Origin: Sinorhizobium meliloti
GTDB taxonomy: Bacteria; Pseudomonadota; Alphaproteobacteria; Rhizobiales; Rhizobiaceae
Assembly: GCF_017876815.1 (NCBI RefSeq)
Contig: NZ_JAGIOS010000001.1
Location: 1,080,001-1,112,000, forward strand
Direction of reading: 5' to 3'
DNA: 32,000 bases
Shown here: in pieces, positions 24,667 to 32,000 of the stretch
Layout of the letters: each line of letters starts with the position of its first letter
How positions within the stretch are numbered: position 1 is the first letter of the stretch
Made by a program: the position numbers and the translations under genes
Notes under the pieces: generated by a model
What the model was told of the DNA's origin: nothing
What the model saw: the letters and a program-made list of their open reading frames with translations, nothing else
Databases searched by the model: none

Positions 24667-25764
24667 ATGACCGGTAGCGGTGAGCAGACTTTCCTGTTCG
24701 AGCAGAACCCGACCAGAGTGGCGAACAGCGAGCGCGATGCGCTGCTTGCGAATCCGGGCTTCGGGCGCGTGTTCACCGATCACATGGCGACGATCCGCTA
24801 TTCCGAGGGGCGCGGCTGGCACGATGCGAAGATCGGCCCGCGGAAGGCGTTCGATCTCGATCCGTCGACACTGGTGCTGCACTACGCCCAGGAGATCTTC
24901 GAGGGTATGAAGGCCTATCGCCTGCCCGACGGCGGCGCCACGCTGTTTCGCCCCGATGCCAATGCGCGCCGTTTCCGCAACTCCGCCCTTCGGCTCGCAA
25001 TGGCGCCGCTGCCGGAGGAGCTGTTCGTCCAATCCGTGCGCGAACTGGTTCGTATCGACCGCGACTGGATACCCGCCGGCGAAGGAGCCGCGCTCTATCT
25101 TCGGCCGTTCATGATCGCCACGGAAGTGCTCCTCGGCGTGAAGCCTTCGGCTGAATATCTCTACTGCGTCATTGCTTCCTCGGTCGGTTCCTACTTCAAG
25201 GGCGGCGCCCCGGCCATTACCATATGGGTTTCGGAGAATTACACCCGGGCAGCGCCCGGCGGCACCGGCGAGGCCAAATGCGGCGGCAACTACGCCGCGA
25301 GCCTCGCGGCGCAGGCGGAGGCGATGCAGGAGGGCTGCGAGCAGGTGGTGTTCCTCGACGCGGTGGAACGCCGCTTCGTCGAAGAGCTCGGCGGCATGAA
25401 CGTTTTCTTCGTTTTCCGCGACGGCTCGCTGCAGACGCCGCCGCTGACGGGCACGATCCTGCCGGGCATCACGCGCGATTCGCTGATCACGCTTGCCCGC
25501 GATATGGGGCTAACGGTGCGCGAAGAGCCCTATGCCATCGACCAGTGGCAGGCGGATGCGGAAAGCGGCCGCCTCACCGAGGCCTTCGCCTGCGGGACGG
25601 CTGCGGTCGTAACGCCGATCGGCAAGGTCAAGGGCCGCGAACACAGCTTCACCATTGGCGACGGCGGAGCCGGTCCGGTAGCCAGCCGCCTGAAGTCAGC
25701 CTTGCTCGACATCCAGAACGGCCGCGCGCCGGACCCGCATGGCTGGCTCGACCGGCTGTTCTGA
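24667..25764 (+). CDS. ilvE: Branched-chain amino acid aminotransferase (class IV, long form)
   Basis: 365-aa ORF ...FTDHMATIRYSEGRGWHDAKIGPRKAFDLDPSTLVLHYAQEIFEGMKAYR...GGTGEAKCGGNYAASL...GITRDS... GAAGGAG Shine-Dalgarno upstream. Confidence 0.93.
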   Translation: MTGSGEQTFLFEQNPTRVANSERDALLANPGFGRVFTDHMATIRYSEGRGWHDAKIGPRKAFDLDPSTLVLHYAQEIFEGMKAYRLPDGGATLFRPDANARRFRNSALRLAMAPLPEELFVQSVRELVRIDRDWIPAGEGAALYLRPFMIATEVLLGVKPSAEYLYCVIASSVGSYFKGGAPAITIWVSENYTRAAPGGTGEAKCGGNYAASLAAQAEAMQEGCEQVVFLDAVERRFVEELGGMNVFFVFRDGSLQTPPLTGTILPGITRDSLITLARDMGLTVREEPYAIDQWQADAESGRLTEAFACGTAAVVTPIGKVKGREHSFTIGDGGAGPVASRLKSALLDIQNGRAPDPHGWLDRLF

Positions 25765-25786
25765 GCGCAGCCTTCGGTCCGGAATG

Positions 25787-25836
25787 CCGCCCCTCATCCG
25801 CCTGCCGGCACCTTCTCCCCGCAGGCGGGGAGAAGG
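25787..25836 (-). repeat. About 50-nt intergenic palindromic repeat unit, copy 2 (inverted relative to copy 1)
   Basis: CCGCCCCTCATCCGCCTGCCGGCA followed by the hairpin CCTTCTCCCCGC-AG-GCGGGGAGAAGG. The 24-nt tail is the exact reverse complement of 13663-13686. Confidence 0.85.
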
Positions 25837-25903
25837 GACAAGCGGCGCCAACTGAACCCCGCATTCGCCGCCCGCCCGAGGGAGCGAGCGAGCGCGGCAT
25901 ATC

Positions 25904-25952
25904 CCTTCTCCCCGCCTGCGGGGAGAAGGTGGCGGCAGCCGGTTGAGGGGCA
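25904..25952 (+). repeat. About 50-nt intergenic palindromic repeat unit, copy 3 (diverged tail)
   Basis: CCTTCTCCCCGC-CT-GCGGGGAGAAGG followed by TGGCGGCAGCCGGTTGAGGGGCA, which has a few mismatches to the copy-1 tail. It is inverted relative to copy 2 and lies about 67 nt away, giving a composite palindromic structure. Confidence 0.8.
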
Positions 25953-25986
25953 GGGGCAGAACTCGAGCAGGCGAGTGGGCACCCAG

Positions 25987-26931
25987 TCACATCAGCAGAT
26001 AGGCCCATACCGACACGCTGACGACGCCGAGTGCGGTGGTCAGCGTGATGGTCGAGGAGGCGAGCGCGTGCCCGACATTGAAATGGTTGGCGATCAGCCA
26101 GGCGTTGACGCCGGTCGGGACGGATGAGGTGAGAACCAGCGCCGCGGTCCAGCTGTCGTTCAGGCCCAGCAGGTGGCAGGCGGCGAAGACGGCGCCCGGC
26201 AGCACCAGGAGCTTGAGGGTGCTCGTCACGGCCGCGAGCCCGGTATTGCCGGCAAGGCCGTATTTGTCGAGCGCCATGCCGATCGAAACGAGCGCTGCGG
26301 GCGCTGCCACGCCCGCAAGCTGATCGACCACGATCTTCACCGGCCCGCCGAGGGGTTGTCCGAGGAGATGGAAGAGAGCGCCGAAGGCAAGGCCGATCAC
26401 GAGGGGATTGCGGACGAGATTGCGGGCAACTCCGCCCATGAGCTTCCAGATGCCCTGCCCCGGTGCACCGGTCGTCTGGCGTTCCGCACGCTCCATCATC
26501 ACCGTTCCGGCAATCATCATGACCGGCAGATGGACGGAGAGCAGGATCGACAGCGCAACGATCCCGTCTTCCCCGACAAGGCGGGAAACAAGGGGCAGGC
26601 CTATGAAGACCGTATTGGCGAACGCTGACGAAACGCCTGCAAGCACGCCCATGCGCGCGTCCCGGCCGAAGCCGAGCGTCGCCGCCAGATGGCCGATGGT
26701 CCAGGTCACCGCGACGCCGGAGAAATAGGCGACCCAGAGCGGCCAGGGCGACCCTTCCTTGAAATCCGCCTCGGCGATGGTACGGAAGAGAAGCACCGGC
26801 ACCGCGACGCGGAAGACGAAATCGCCGAGCGCCTCGCCGACGGCCGGCTTCAGGTAGCCGAGCCGGACGATGAGCCAGCCGGTCAGAATCAGGACGAAGA
26901 TCGGTAGAACGTTCAGGAAGACGTCGGACAT
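25987..26931 (-). CDS. AEC (auxin efflux carrier) family transporter
   Basis: The track ORF extends to 27024 (TTG). I prefer the ATG at 26931 (MSDVFLNVLPIFVLILTGWLIVRLGYL...), the usual AEC N-terminus. About 10 hydrophobic segments. Start uncertain because no strong Shine-Dalgarno is present. Confidence 0.82.
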   Translation of the reverse strand: MSDVFLNVLPIFVLILTGWLIVRLGYLKPAVGEALGDFVFRVAVPVLLFRTIAEADFKEGSPWPLWVAYFSGVAVTWTIGHLAATLGFGRDARMGVLAGVSSAFANTVFIGLPLVSRLVGEDGIVALSILLSVHLPVMMIAGTVMMERAERQTTGAPGQGIWKLMGGVARNLVRNPLVIGLAFGALFHLLGQPLGGPVKIVVDQLAGVAAPAALVSIGMALDKYGLAGNTGLAAVTSTLKLLVLPGAVFAACHLLGLNDSWTAALVLTSSVPTGVNAWLIANHFNVGHALASSTITLTTALGVVSVSVWAYLLM

Positions 26932-27134
26932 GGAAGAGCCTTGATGGGTTTCCAAGCCATAGCCCTGTTCGAGCCGCGGAAGCAAGGGAGGCGCATGCAG
27001 CAGGTCTCCTTGATTCGAGGACAACCCAAGCCAACATGCAGCAATTACAGATGAATCAGCGCGAGCGCGGTCATGCGCGACCGGAACATTCCGGGGCTGC
27101 CAAGCGTTGCGATCAAGGACGGGAACGACCAGAA

Positions 27135-27404
27135 ATGCCGAGCGAATACCCGAACTATTCTCACAAGGACGACGATCCTCATCTGACCGATGACGATCTG
27201 GCGGAGAAAGTTCTGCACTTCCTTCGCTACGCGACTGCGATCGATACGAGCGATATGGAGGTGATCGCTTTAGGCAACATCGTCGTGCTCTCCGGTACGG
27301 TTGGAAGCGAAGCCGACATCGCCTCTGCCGGCGAGGCAGCCGCCTCGGTCATCGGTGTTTCGAGCGTGGAGAACGGCCTAAGGGCGCGCGAAGGTAGAAG
27401 TTGA
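27135..27404 (+). CDS. BON domain-containing small protein
   Basis: ...LAEKVLHFLRYATAIDTSDMEVIALGNIVVLSGTVGSEADIASAGEAAASVIGVSSVENGLR matches the BON pattern. The track start at 27036 is possible, but the first 33 codons have visibly lower third-position GC than the rest, so the ATG at 27135 is preferred. Confidence 0.6.
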   Translation: MPSEYPNYSHKDDDPHLTDDDLAEKVLHFLRYATAIDTSDMEVIALGNIVVLSGTVGSEADIASAGEAAASVIGVSSVENGLRAREGRS

Positions 27405-27417
27405 AGCGCGCCGCTTC

Positions 27418-28344
27418 TCAACTTGCCGAGGCCGGCATGTCTGAGCCTTGCGCAATGCAAACCTCGCGAATGCAGCCGCGCAGCCAGCGATGCGCCGGAT
27501 CGGCATCGAGCCGCGGATGCCAGAGCAGCGAAACCGTGATCTGCGGTAGGGAGAAGGGCAGCGGAAAGCTGTGCATTCCCTGACGCAGGGCGCTCGTGTG
27601 GCGTTCAGGAACGCTGGCGATCAGGTCCGAGGAACGAGCCAGCGCCAGGGCGCTCGAAAAGCCGCCTACGATGGTAACGATCTCGCGCTCCAATCCGATC
27701 GACCCCAGGGTATCATCGATGCCGACAGCCACCTTCTCCGGCCCCCGCCGTGAAACAAGGATGTGTCTGCCGGCGGCGTAGCGGGCCGGCGTAACCTCGC
27801 CCCCGCTCAAAGCGTGGCCATTGCGCACAACGCCGATGAACCGGTCCCGGAACAGAGCCTGCGTCCGCAACTCCGGCCCTGTCGCCTCACCCACCACACC
27901 TGTCTCGAGATCGACGCTCCCGTCCCGAAGCGGGCCGCTGCCCTTGTCCGACTTCTGCACGAAGGCCAGGCGCACCCCGGGGGCTTCCGCGCCGAGCCGT
28001 GCAAGGAGGCACGGCCCGAAGTTTTCGACGAAGCCGTCGCTGGTTCGCAGCGTGAAGGTCCGGACGAGCCGTTTCAGATCGAGTTTCTCCTGCGGCCGCA
28101 GGACGGCTTCCGCCTCCTCCACCAGCCGGCCCACCGTCTCGCGCAGATCGAGGGCACGCGGCGTGGCAACGAGGCCGCGCCCAGCCCGAACCAGAAGCGG
28201 GTCGCCGGTCGTCTCGCGCAATCGCTGGAGAGCCCGGCTCATTGCCGAGGGACTCAAGCGCAGCCGCTTGGCTGCGCGCGCGACGCTGCCTTCTGCGAGC
28301 AGCACGTCGAGGGTGACGAGGAGATTGAGATTGGGCTTCGGCAT
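27418..28344 (-). CDS. LysR family transcriptional regulator
   Basis: 308-aa ORF. The N-terminal HTH is LNLLVTLDVLLAEGSVARAAKRLRLSPSAMSRALQRLRETTGDPLLVRAGRG. A LysR substrate-binding region follows. Divergent from the MFS gene. Confidence 0.92.
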   Translation of the reverse strand: MPKPNLNLLVTLDVLLAEGSVARAAKRLRLSPSAMSRALQRLRETTGDPLLVRAGRGLVATPRALDLRETVGRLVEEAEAVLRPQEKLDLKRLVRTFTLRTSDGFVENFGPCLLARLGAEAPGVRLAFVQKSDKGSGPLRDGSVDLETGVVGEATGPELRTQALFRDRFIGVVRNGHALSGGEVTPARYAAGRHILVSRRGPEKVAVGIDDTLGSIGLEREIVTIVGGFSSALALARSSDLIASVPERHTSALRQGMHSFPLPFSLPQITVSLLWHPRLDADPAHRWLRGCIREVCIAQGSDMPASAS

Positions 28345-28480
28345 GCAACGACAGTAGCACAGGTTTTATCCAGGCACGGCGTCAAATGCACGAGTGAAGT
28401 GCAAATCGTGCGTGTTCCGCCATGACGGTCGAGCGGCTAGCTTCCTCGGAATGCTTCAAGGTCCTCAGGAAGGAATGTTC

Positions 28481-29953
28481 ATGCCGAAACCAGCCGTTGC
28501 CGCGGCAGACGATGCCGCCGGTAGAAATCCGCACAGGGACGCCTCGGCCGGATGGGCGCTCGCCAGCCTTTCGCTCTCCATGCTGCTGTCCTCGCTCGGC
28601 ACCAGCATCGCGAATGTCGGCCTGCCGAGCCTCGCCACGGCGTTCTCCGCCTCGTTCCAGCAAGTCCAGTGGGTCGTCCTCGCCTATCTCCTTGCCATCA
28701 CCACCCTGATCGTCGGTGTCGGCCGGCTCGGCGACATGGTCGGGCGCCGGCGGCTGCTGCTTGCCGGAATCCTGCTGTTCACGGTGGCTTCGGGGTTGAG
28801 CGGCGCTGCACCGAGCCTGCCGCTCCTCATTGCCGCCCGGGCGGTTCAGGGGCTCGGAGCGGCGGTCATGATGGCGCTCGCCATGGCCTTGGTCGGCGAG
28901 ACCGTGGCGAAGGAAAAGACCGGTGGCGCCATGGGCCTGCTGGGCACCATGTCTGCGATCGGCACCGCGCTGGGGCCGTCGCTCGGCGGCGTTCTGATCG
29001 CCGGTCTCGGCTGGCAGGCGATCTTCGTCGTCAACGTGCCGCTCGGCGCCCTGGCCTTTATTCTCGCTCGTCGCTCGCTGCCCGCCGATCGCCAAGGGTC
29101 TGCGGCGGAGCGCACTGGCTTCGATGTTCCGGGCACGCTGCTGCTCGGCCTGACGCTCGCCGCCTATGCACTCGCCATGACGGTTGCGCACGACAGTTTC
29201 GGTCCGCTCAACATGGCGCTCCTGGCTGCTGCTGTCGTCGGCGCCGGTCTCTTCGTACTGGCCGAGCGGAGAGCAACCTCCCCCTTGATGCGGCCCGAGG
29301 CTCTCCGCGACCCGGTGCTCGGTGCGGGGCTTGCCATGAGCGCACTCGTCTCGACGGTGATGATGGCAACGCTGGTGGTGGGGCCGCTCTACCTCTCGCG
29401 CGCGCTCGGGCTCGGCGAAGCGCTCGTCGGGATCGTCATGTCGGCGGGTCCGGTCGTTTCCGCCCTGAGCGGTCTGCCGGCCGGCCGTGCCGTCGACCGC
29501 CTGGGAGCCCCGTTCGTGATCGTCACAGGCCTCCTCGCAATGGCCGCCGGCTCATTCGCTCTGTCGGTGCTTCCGGAGATGTTCGGCGTCGCCGGCTACC
29601 TGGCCGCCATGCTCGTCCTGACCCCGGGTTACCAGCTGTTCCAGGCAGCCAACAATACGGCCGTGATGGTGGATGTCCGCCCGGATCGGCGCGGCGTCGT
29701 CTCCGGCATGCTCAATCTCTCGCGCAATCTCGGGCTCATCACCGGCGCATCGGTCATGGGAGCCGTCTTCGCCTTCGCATCGGCTGCACCCGACATCGCG
29801 GCCGCACCAGCCGTGGCCGTTGCCGCCGGCATGCGGATCACTTTCGCCGTCGCGGGCGCCCTGATCGTGAGCGCGCTCGTCATCGCGCTCCGGAGCCGCA
29901 CTCTCTTCATGCGCGCTTGCGCCGGCGCGGCACTACGCGATGAAGGTAGGTGA
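28481..29953 (+). CDS. MFS drug/metabolite efflux transporter (DHA2/EmrB-like, about 14 TMS)
   Basis: The track ORF starts at 28394. The ATG at 28481 (or 28475) follows AGGAAGGA. Motifs ...GRLGDMVGRRRLLLAGILLF... and ...LGPSLGGVLI... are present, with many hydrophobic segments. Confidence 0.85.
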   Translation: MPKPAVAAADDAAGRNPHRDASAGWALASLSLSMLLSSLGTSIANVGLPSLATAFSASFQQVQWVVLAYLLAITTLIVGVGRLGDMVGRRRLLLAGILLFTVASGLSGAAPSLPLLIAARAVQGLGAAVMMALAMALVGETVAKEKTGGAMGLLGTMSAIGTALGPSLGGVLIAGLGWQAIFVVNVPLGALAFILARRSLPADRQGSAAERTGFDVPGTLLLGLTLAAYALAMTVAHDSFGPLNMALLAAAVVGAGLFVLAERRATSPLMRPEALRDPVLGAGLAMSALVSTVMMATLVVGPLYLSRALGLGEALVGIVMSAGPVVSALSGLPAGRAVDRLGAPFVIVTGLLAMAAGSFALSVLPEMFGVAGYLAAMLVLTPGYQLFQAANNTAVMVDVRPDRRGVVSGMLNLSRNLGLITGASVMGAVFAFASAAPDIAAAPAVAVAAGMRITFAVAGALIVSALVIALRSRTLFMRACAGAALRDEGR

Positions 29954-30039
29954 GGTACGGTTGCCGGCACCATCTTGCTGCGTCTGGAGCGGGATGGAGT
30001 GCGTGCGGTTTTCCGCCTTCTTCTCGAACAGCCCGGCAC

Positions 30040-31200
30040 CTATGGCACATCCAGTTCGAGTTCCTCGGCCGACATCCGTCGTGCAAGAAATCCGGCAAAC
30101 GGCCGCGAAAGAAGGAGCGGGAGGGTCCATGACTGGATGCGCAGGCCGAGCTTGCTTTCCGGTACGAAATGGCCACCGATGCGGCGCGACGTGGCCTGCA
30201 TCCTCGTGACCATCGGTTTCAGGCGGGATTCGTAGGCCTCGAATGCCTGAGCATGCGGCTTTGCCGCCAATTCCGACGCGAGAATCCAGGCGCCGGCTAA
30301 TGCGGTGGACGTTCCCTGACCGGACAGAAAGGTCAAACACCAGGCGGCATCTCCCAGAAGCACCACGCGGCCGCTCGACCATCGGGGCACCTCGATTTGT
30401 GCAATCGTATCGAAGAAACCCCGCTGCCAGTCGACCGGCGTCGAGAGCGCCAGCGAAACGGGATGAGACCATTGGCCGAAGCGCTCCATCAGCGTCTTCT
30501 GCCGCGCCTCCGGAGCCACGCGCCCGGTCGAGGAATCGCGCCAGCAGAACAGGGTCGCGGCAGTTCCGTCGCCAACCTCGTAGAGCCCGCCCTGGTGATC
30601 GACGTCCATCATGCCGACGAAGCTGGAGTCGAGCGGAGTGGCTAGCGGCATTCGCCATGCGGCCGCGCGAAAACCCAGAGGCCTCAGAAAGGTCTCATGC
30701 GGGCCGAAACACATCTGGCGGATCGCGCTGCGCCAGCCATCCGCTCCCACGACGATGTCGAAGCTTTCCGTCGAGCCTGTCGACAGCACGACATCGACAC
30801 CGTCTTCCCTGTTTGCGAGCGCGGTCACCGTCGTCCCGTATCTCAGATCGGTGCGATCCCCGACGGCCTCGAGCAGGACGTCCTGTACGGCGTCCCGCAT
30901 GATGGAAAACATCTTGCCGTTCACCGCCCGCGTCAGAGCATGATAACTATAGGAGAAGAGGCGCCGGCCCTCCGGGCTGCGATATTCCGCCGTGCCCAGG
31001 GAAACGGCGCGCGCCCTGAACGCGTCGAGAAGGCCCAGCCGTTCCGCCGCGTTCCAGCCATTGACGTGAACACCTATCGCATAGCCGGCGGCGCGGTTCT
31101 GCTCGGCCCGTTCAACGACCACGGCCGTCATGCCATGTGCCCGCAGCGCTGCTGCGAGGGCGAGACCTGCCGGTCCCGCGCCGACGATCAGGATACGCAT
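30040..31200 (-). CDS. FAD-dependent aromatic-ring monooxygenase (UbiH/salicylate hydroxylase-like class A flavoprotein)
   Basis: The track ORF extends to 31338 and would overlap the upstream receptor. The ATG at 31200 gives MRILIVGAGPAGLALAAAL (GxGxxG). GADGWRSAIR (DG motif) and VVLLGDAAW (GD motif) are also present. Confidence 0.85.
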   Translation of the reverse strand: MRILIVGAGPAGLALAAALRAHGMTAVVVERAEQNRAAGYAIGVHVNGWNAAERLGLLDAFRARAVSLGTAEYRSPEGRRLFSYSYHALTRAVNGKMFSIMRDAVQDVLLEAVGDRTDLRYGTTVTALANREDGVDVVLSTGSTESFDIVVGADGWRSAIRQMCFGPHETFLRPLGFRAAAWRMPLATPLDSSFVGMMDVDHQGGLYEVGDGTAATLFCWRDSSTGRVAPEARQKTLMERFGQWSHPVSLALSTPVDWQRGFFDTIAQIEVPRWSSGRVVLLGDAAWCLTFLSGQGTSTALAGAWILASELAAKPHAQAFEAYESRLKPMVTRMQATSRRIGGHFVPESKLGLRIQSWTLPLLLSRPFAGFLARRMSAEELELDVP

Positions 31201-31225
31201 GGTTTCTGCTTTCAGAACTTGAAGC

Positions 31226-32000
31226 TCACACGGCCGCCGAAGGCGCGCCGGTGCCAAGCTGATAGAGATTCCCGTAGGTTGCTTCGGTGAAGCCGTAGAC
31301 CGCATACGTCTCGTCGAAGACGTTGTTGACGAACACATCGGCGACCACCTGCTCGCTCACTTTCCAGCTCAGGCCAAGATCGACCAGGAAGAACCCCTTC
31401 TGGCCAATGGTATTGGTTTCGTCGAAGAACACTGATCCGGCATAGGTCATTCCCGCCCGGGGAATGAGCTGTCCCCAGCCTTCGGCCAGATCGAATGCGT
31501 AGTCCAGCGCGAGATTTGCCGTGAATTCCGGTGCGTAAGGCACCCGATTACCGGTGTAGTCGATGCCCGGATTCACCGAGTTCTCATATTTGGTGAACGT
31601 CGTGCGGTTGAGTCCGAGGCCTCCGGCGATGCCCAGCCGCTCGGTCGGATTGGCGCGGAAGGCGAGATTGATGCCCTTCGCGGTGACTTCGCCTGCGTTC
31701 TGAAGGTACTTCAGGTACACATCGCCGACGAACAGCTGATAGTCTTTCGTCACATTGTAGTAGGCTGAAAGCGACGCCTCCAGCGATCCGTCGAGCGCTC
31801 TGTACTTGATGCCGGTTTCGCCATTGTAGGTGTTCTGCGGATCGTAGGTGAAGGCGATGTTCTCGGGCGTCACATTGCGGGTGAATCCGCCGGCCTTGTA
31901 ACCCGTCGAGAACAGGCCATGCACGCGCCATTCGTCGTCAAGCGCGTAGCTCGCGCCGAGCTTGGGCGAGACGCCGCCGAAGCTGCGCTCACCGGCGATC
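31226..32000 (-). CDS. TonB-dependent outer-membrane receptor, C-terminal barrel part; the 5' end is off the right edge and there is a possible frameshift at the extreme 3' end
   Basis: The frame is open to base 32000 (...SPKLGASYALDDEWRVHGLFSTGYKAGGF...NRVPYAPEFTANL...NVFDETY...). The ORF ends ...GTGAPSAAV*, whereas the canonical terminal strand AFGGRVSFKF* lies in another frame and ends at 31212. Confidence 0.8.
   Translation of the reverse strand, partial: IAGERSFGGVSPKLGASYALDDEWRVHGLFSTGYKAGGFTRNVTPENIAFTYDPQNTYNGETGIKYRALDGSLEASLSAYYNVTKDYQLFVGDVYLKYLQNAGEVTAKGINLAFRANPTERLGIAGGLGLNRTTFTKYENSVNPGIDYTGNRVPYAPEFTANLALDYAFDLAEGWGQLIPRAGMTYAGSVFFDETNTIGQKGFFLVDLGLSWKVSEQVVADVFVNNVFDETYAVYGFTEATYGNLYQLGTGAPSAAV

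Noticed and set aside
23698-25032. 444-aa minus-strand ORF opposite the cytochrome c gene and the ilvE start
   Set aside because: It is antisense to the CXXCH cytochrome and to ilvE, and it crosses a terminator and an intergenic region.
25649-27037. 462-aa minus-strand ORF, plus the small ORFs 25224..25946 and 25794..25982, across the repeat region
   Set aside because: They are translations of the palindromic repeat units (PAGRRCRQADEG-type peptides) and of an alternative frame of the AEC transporter. They are not coding.
27397-27423. Imperfect hairpin spanning the convergent BON and LysR stop codons
   Set aside because: The stem is bulged, neither side has a U-tract, and it overlaps coding sequence. 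It may simply reflect the 13-nt gap between the genes.
28552-29943. 463-aa plus-strand alternative frame within the MFS pump gene
   Set aside because: The other plus-strand frame gives a hydrophobic multi-TM MFS protein. This frame is Arg/Pro/Gly-rich.
1-32000. Genomic island, prophage, transposase or integrase, or tRNA or rRNA genes
   Set aside because: No integrase or transposase-like ORF was seen, nor any cloverleaf-like or rRNA sequence. There is no large compositional shift. The gene content is overwhelmingly conserved housekeeping.

Overview
High-GC alphaproteobacterial chromosomal core region. The protein sequences look Rhizobiaceae (Sinorhizobium/Ensifer-like), but that is inference only, since no database search was possible. 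About 34 protein genes and one RNA gene are supported.

Gene content, left to right:
- Minus strand: pnp (partial), rpsO, an orphan HWE-type sensor kinase, truB, rbfA, infB, a YlxR/L7Ae-like fusion, nusA, rimP.
- Plus strand: an MFS_3 transporter.
- Minus strand: a lytic murein transglycosylase, recR, a LysE exporter, ybaB, dnaX, SRP (4.5S) RNA.
- Plus strand: a tightly packed HIT-nudC-WYL regulator run, followed by a VOC/glyoxalase gene.
- Minus strand: a 45-aa DUF1127 gene missing from the ORF track, then pheA and kdsB.
- Plus strand: a membrane-anchored cytochrome c and ilvE.
- Then: an AEC transporter, a BON protein, a LysR regulator divergent from an MFS pump, an FAD monooxygenase and a partial TonB-dependent receptor.

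No mobile element, prophage, CRISPR array, tRNA or rRNA gene was seen.

Most worth a second look:
1. Three tandem 26-nt repeats fill the ffs-dnaX spacer.
2. A promoter plus an intrinsic-terminator-like hairpin sits inside the rimP-nusA-infB leader.
3. The unlisted DUF1127 locus has an operator-like palindrome upstream and a structured 3' UTR.
4. HIT, NudC and the WYL regulator appear translationally coupled.
5. The canonical C-terminal strand of the TonB-dependent receptor (AFGGRVSFKF*) lies in a different frame from the rest of the gene.
6. A family of about 50-nt palindromic intergenic repeats occurs at both convergent gene junctions.

The many long opposite-strand ORFs in the track are high-GC shadow frames and were rejected. 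Protein family calls rest on recognised motifs, not searches. Coordinates of RNA and repeat features may be off by 1-2 nt.
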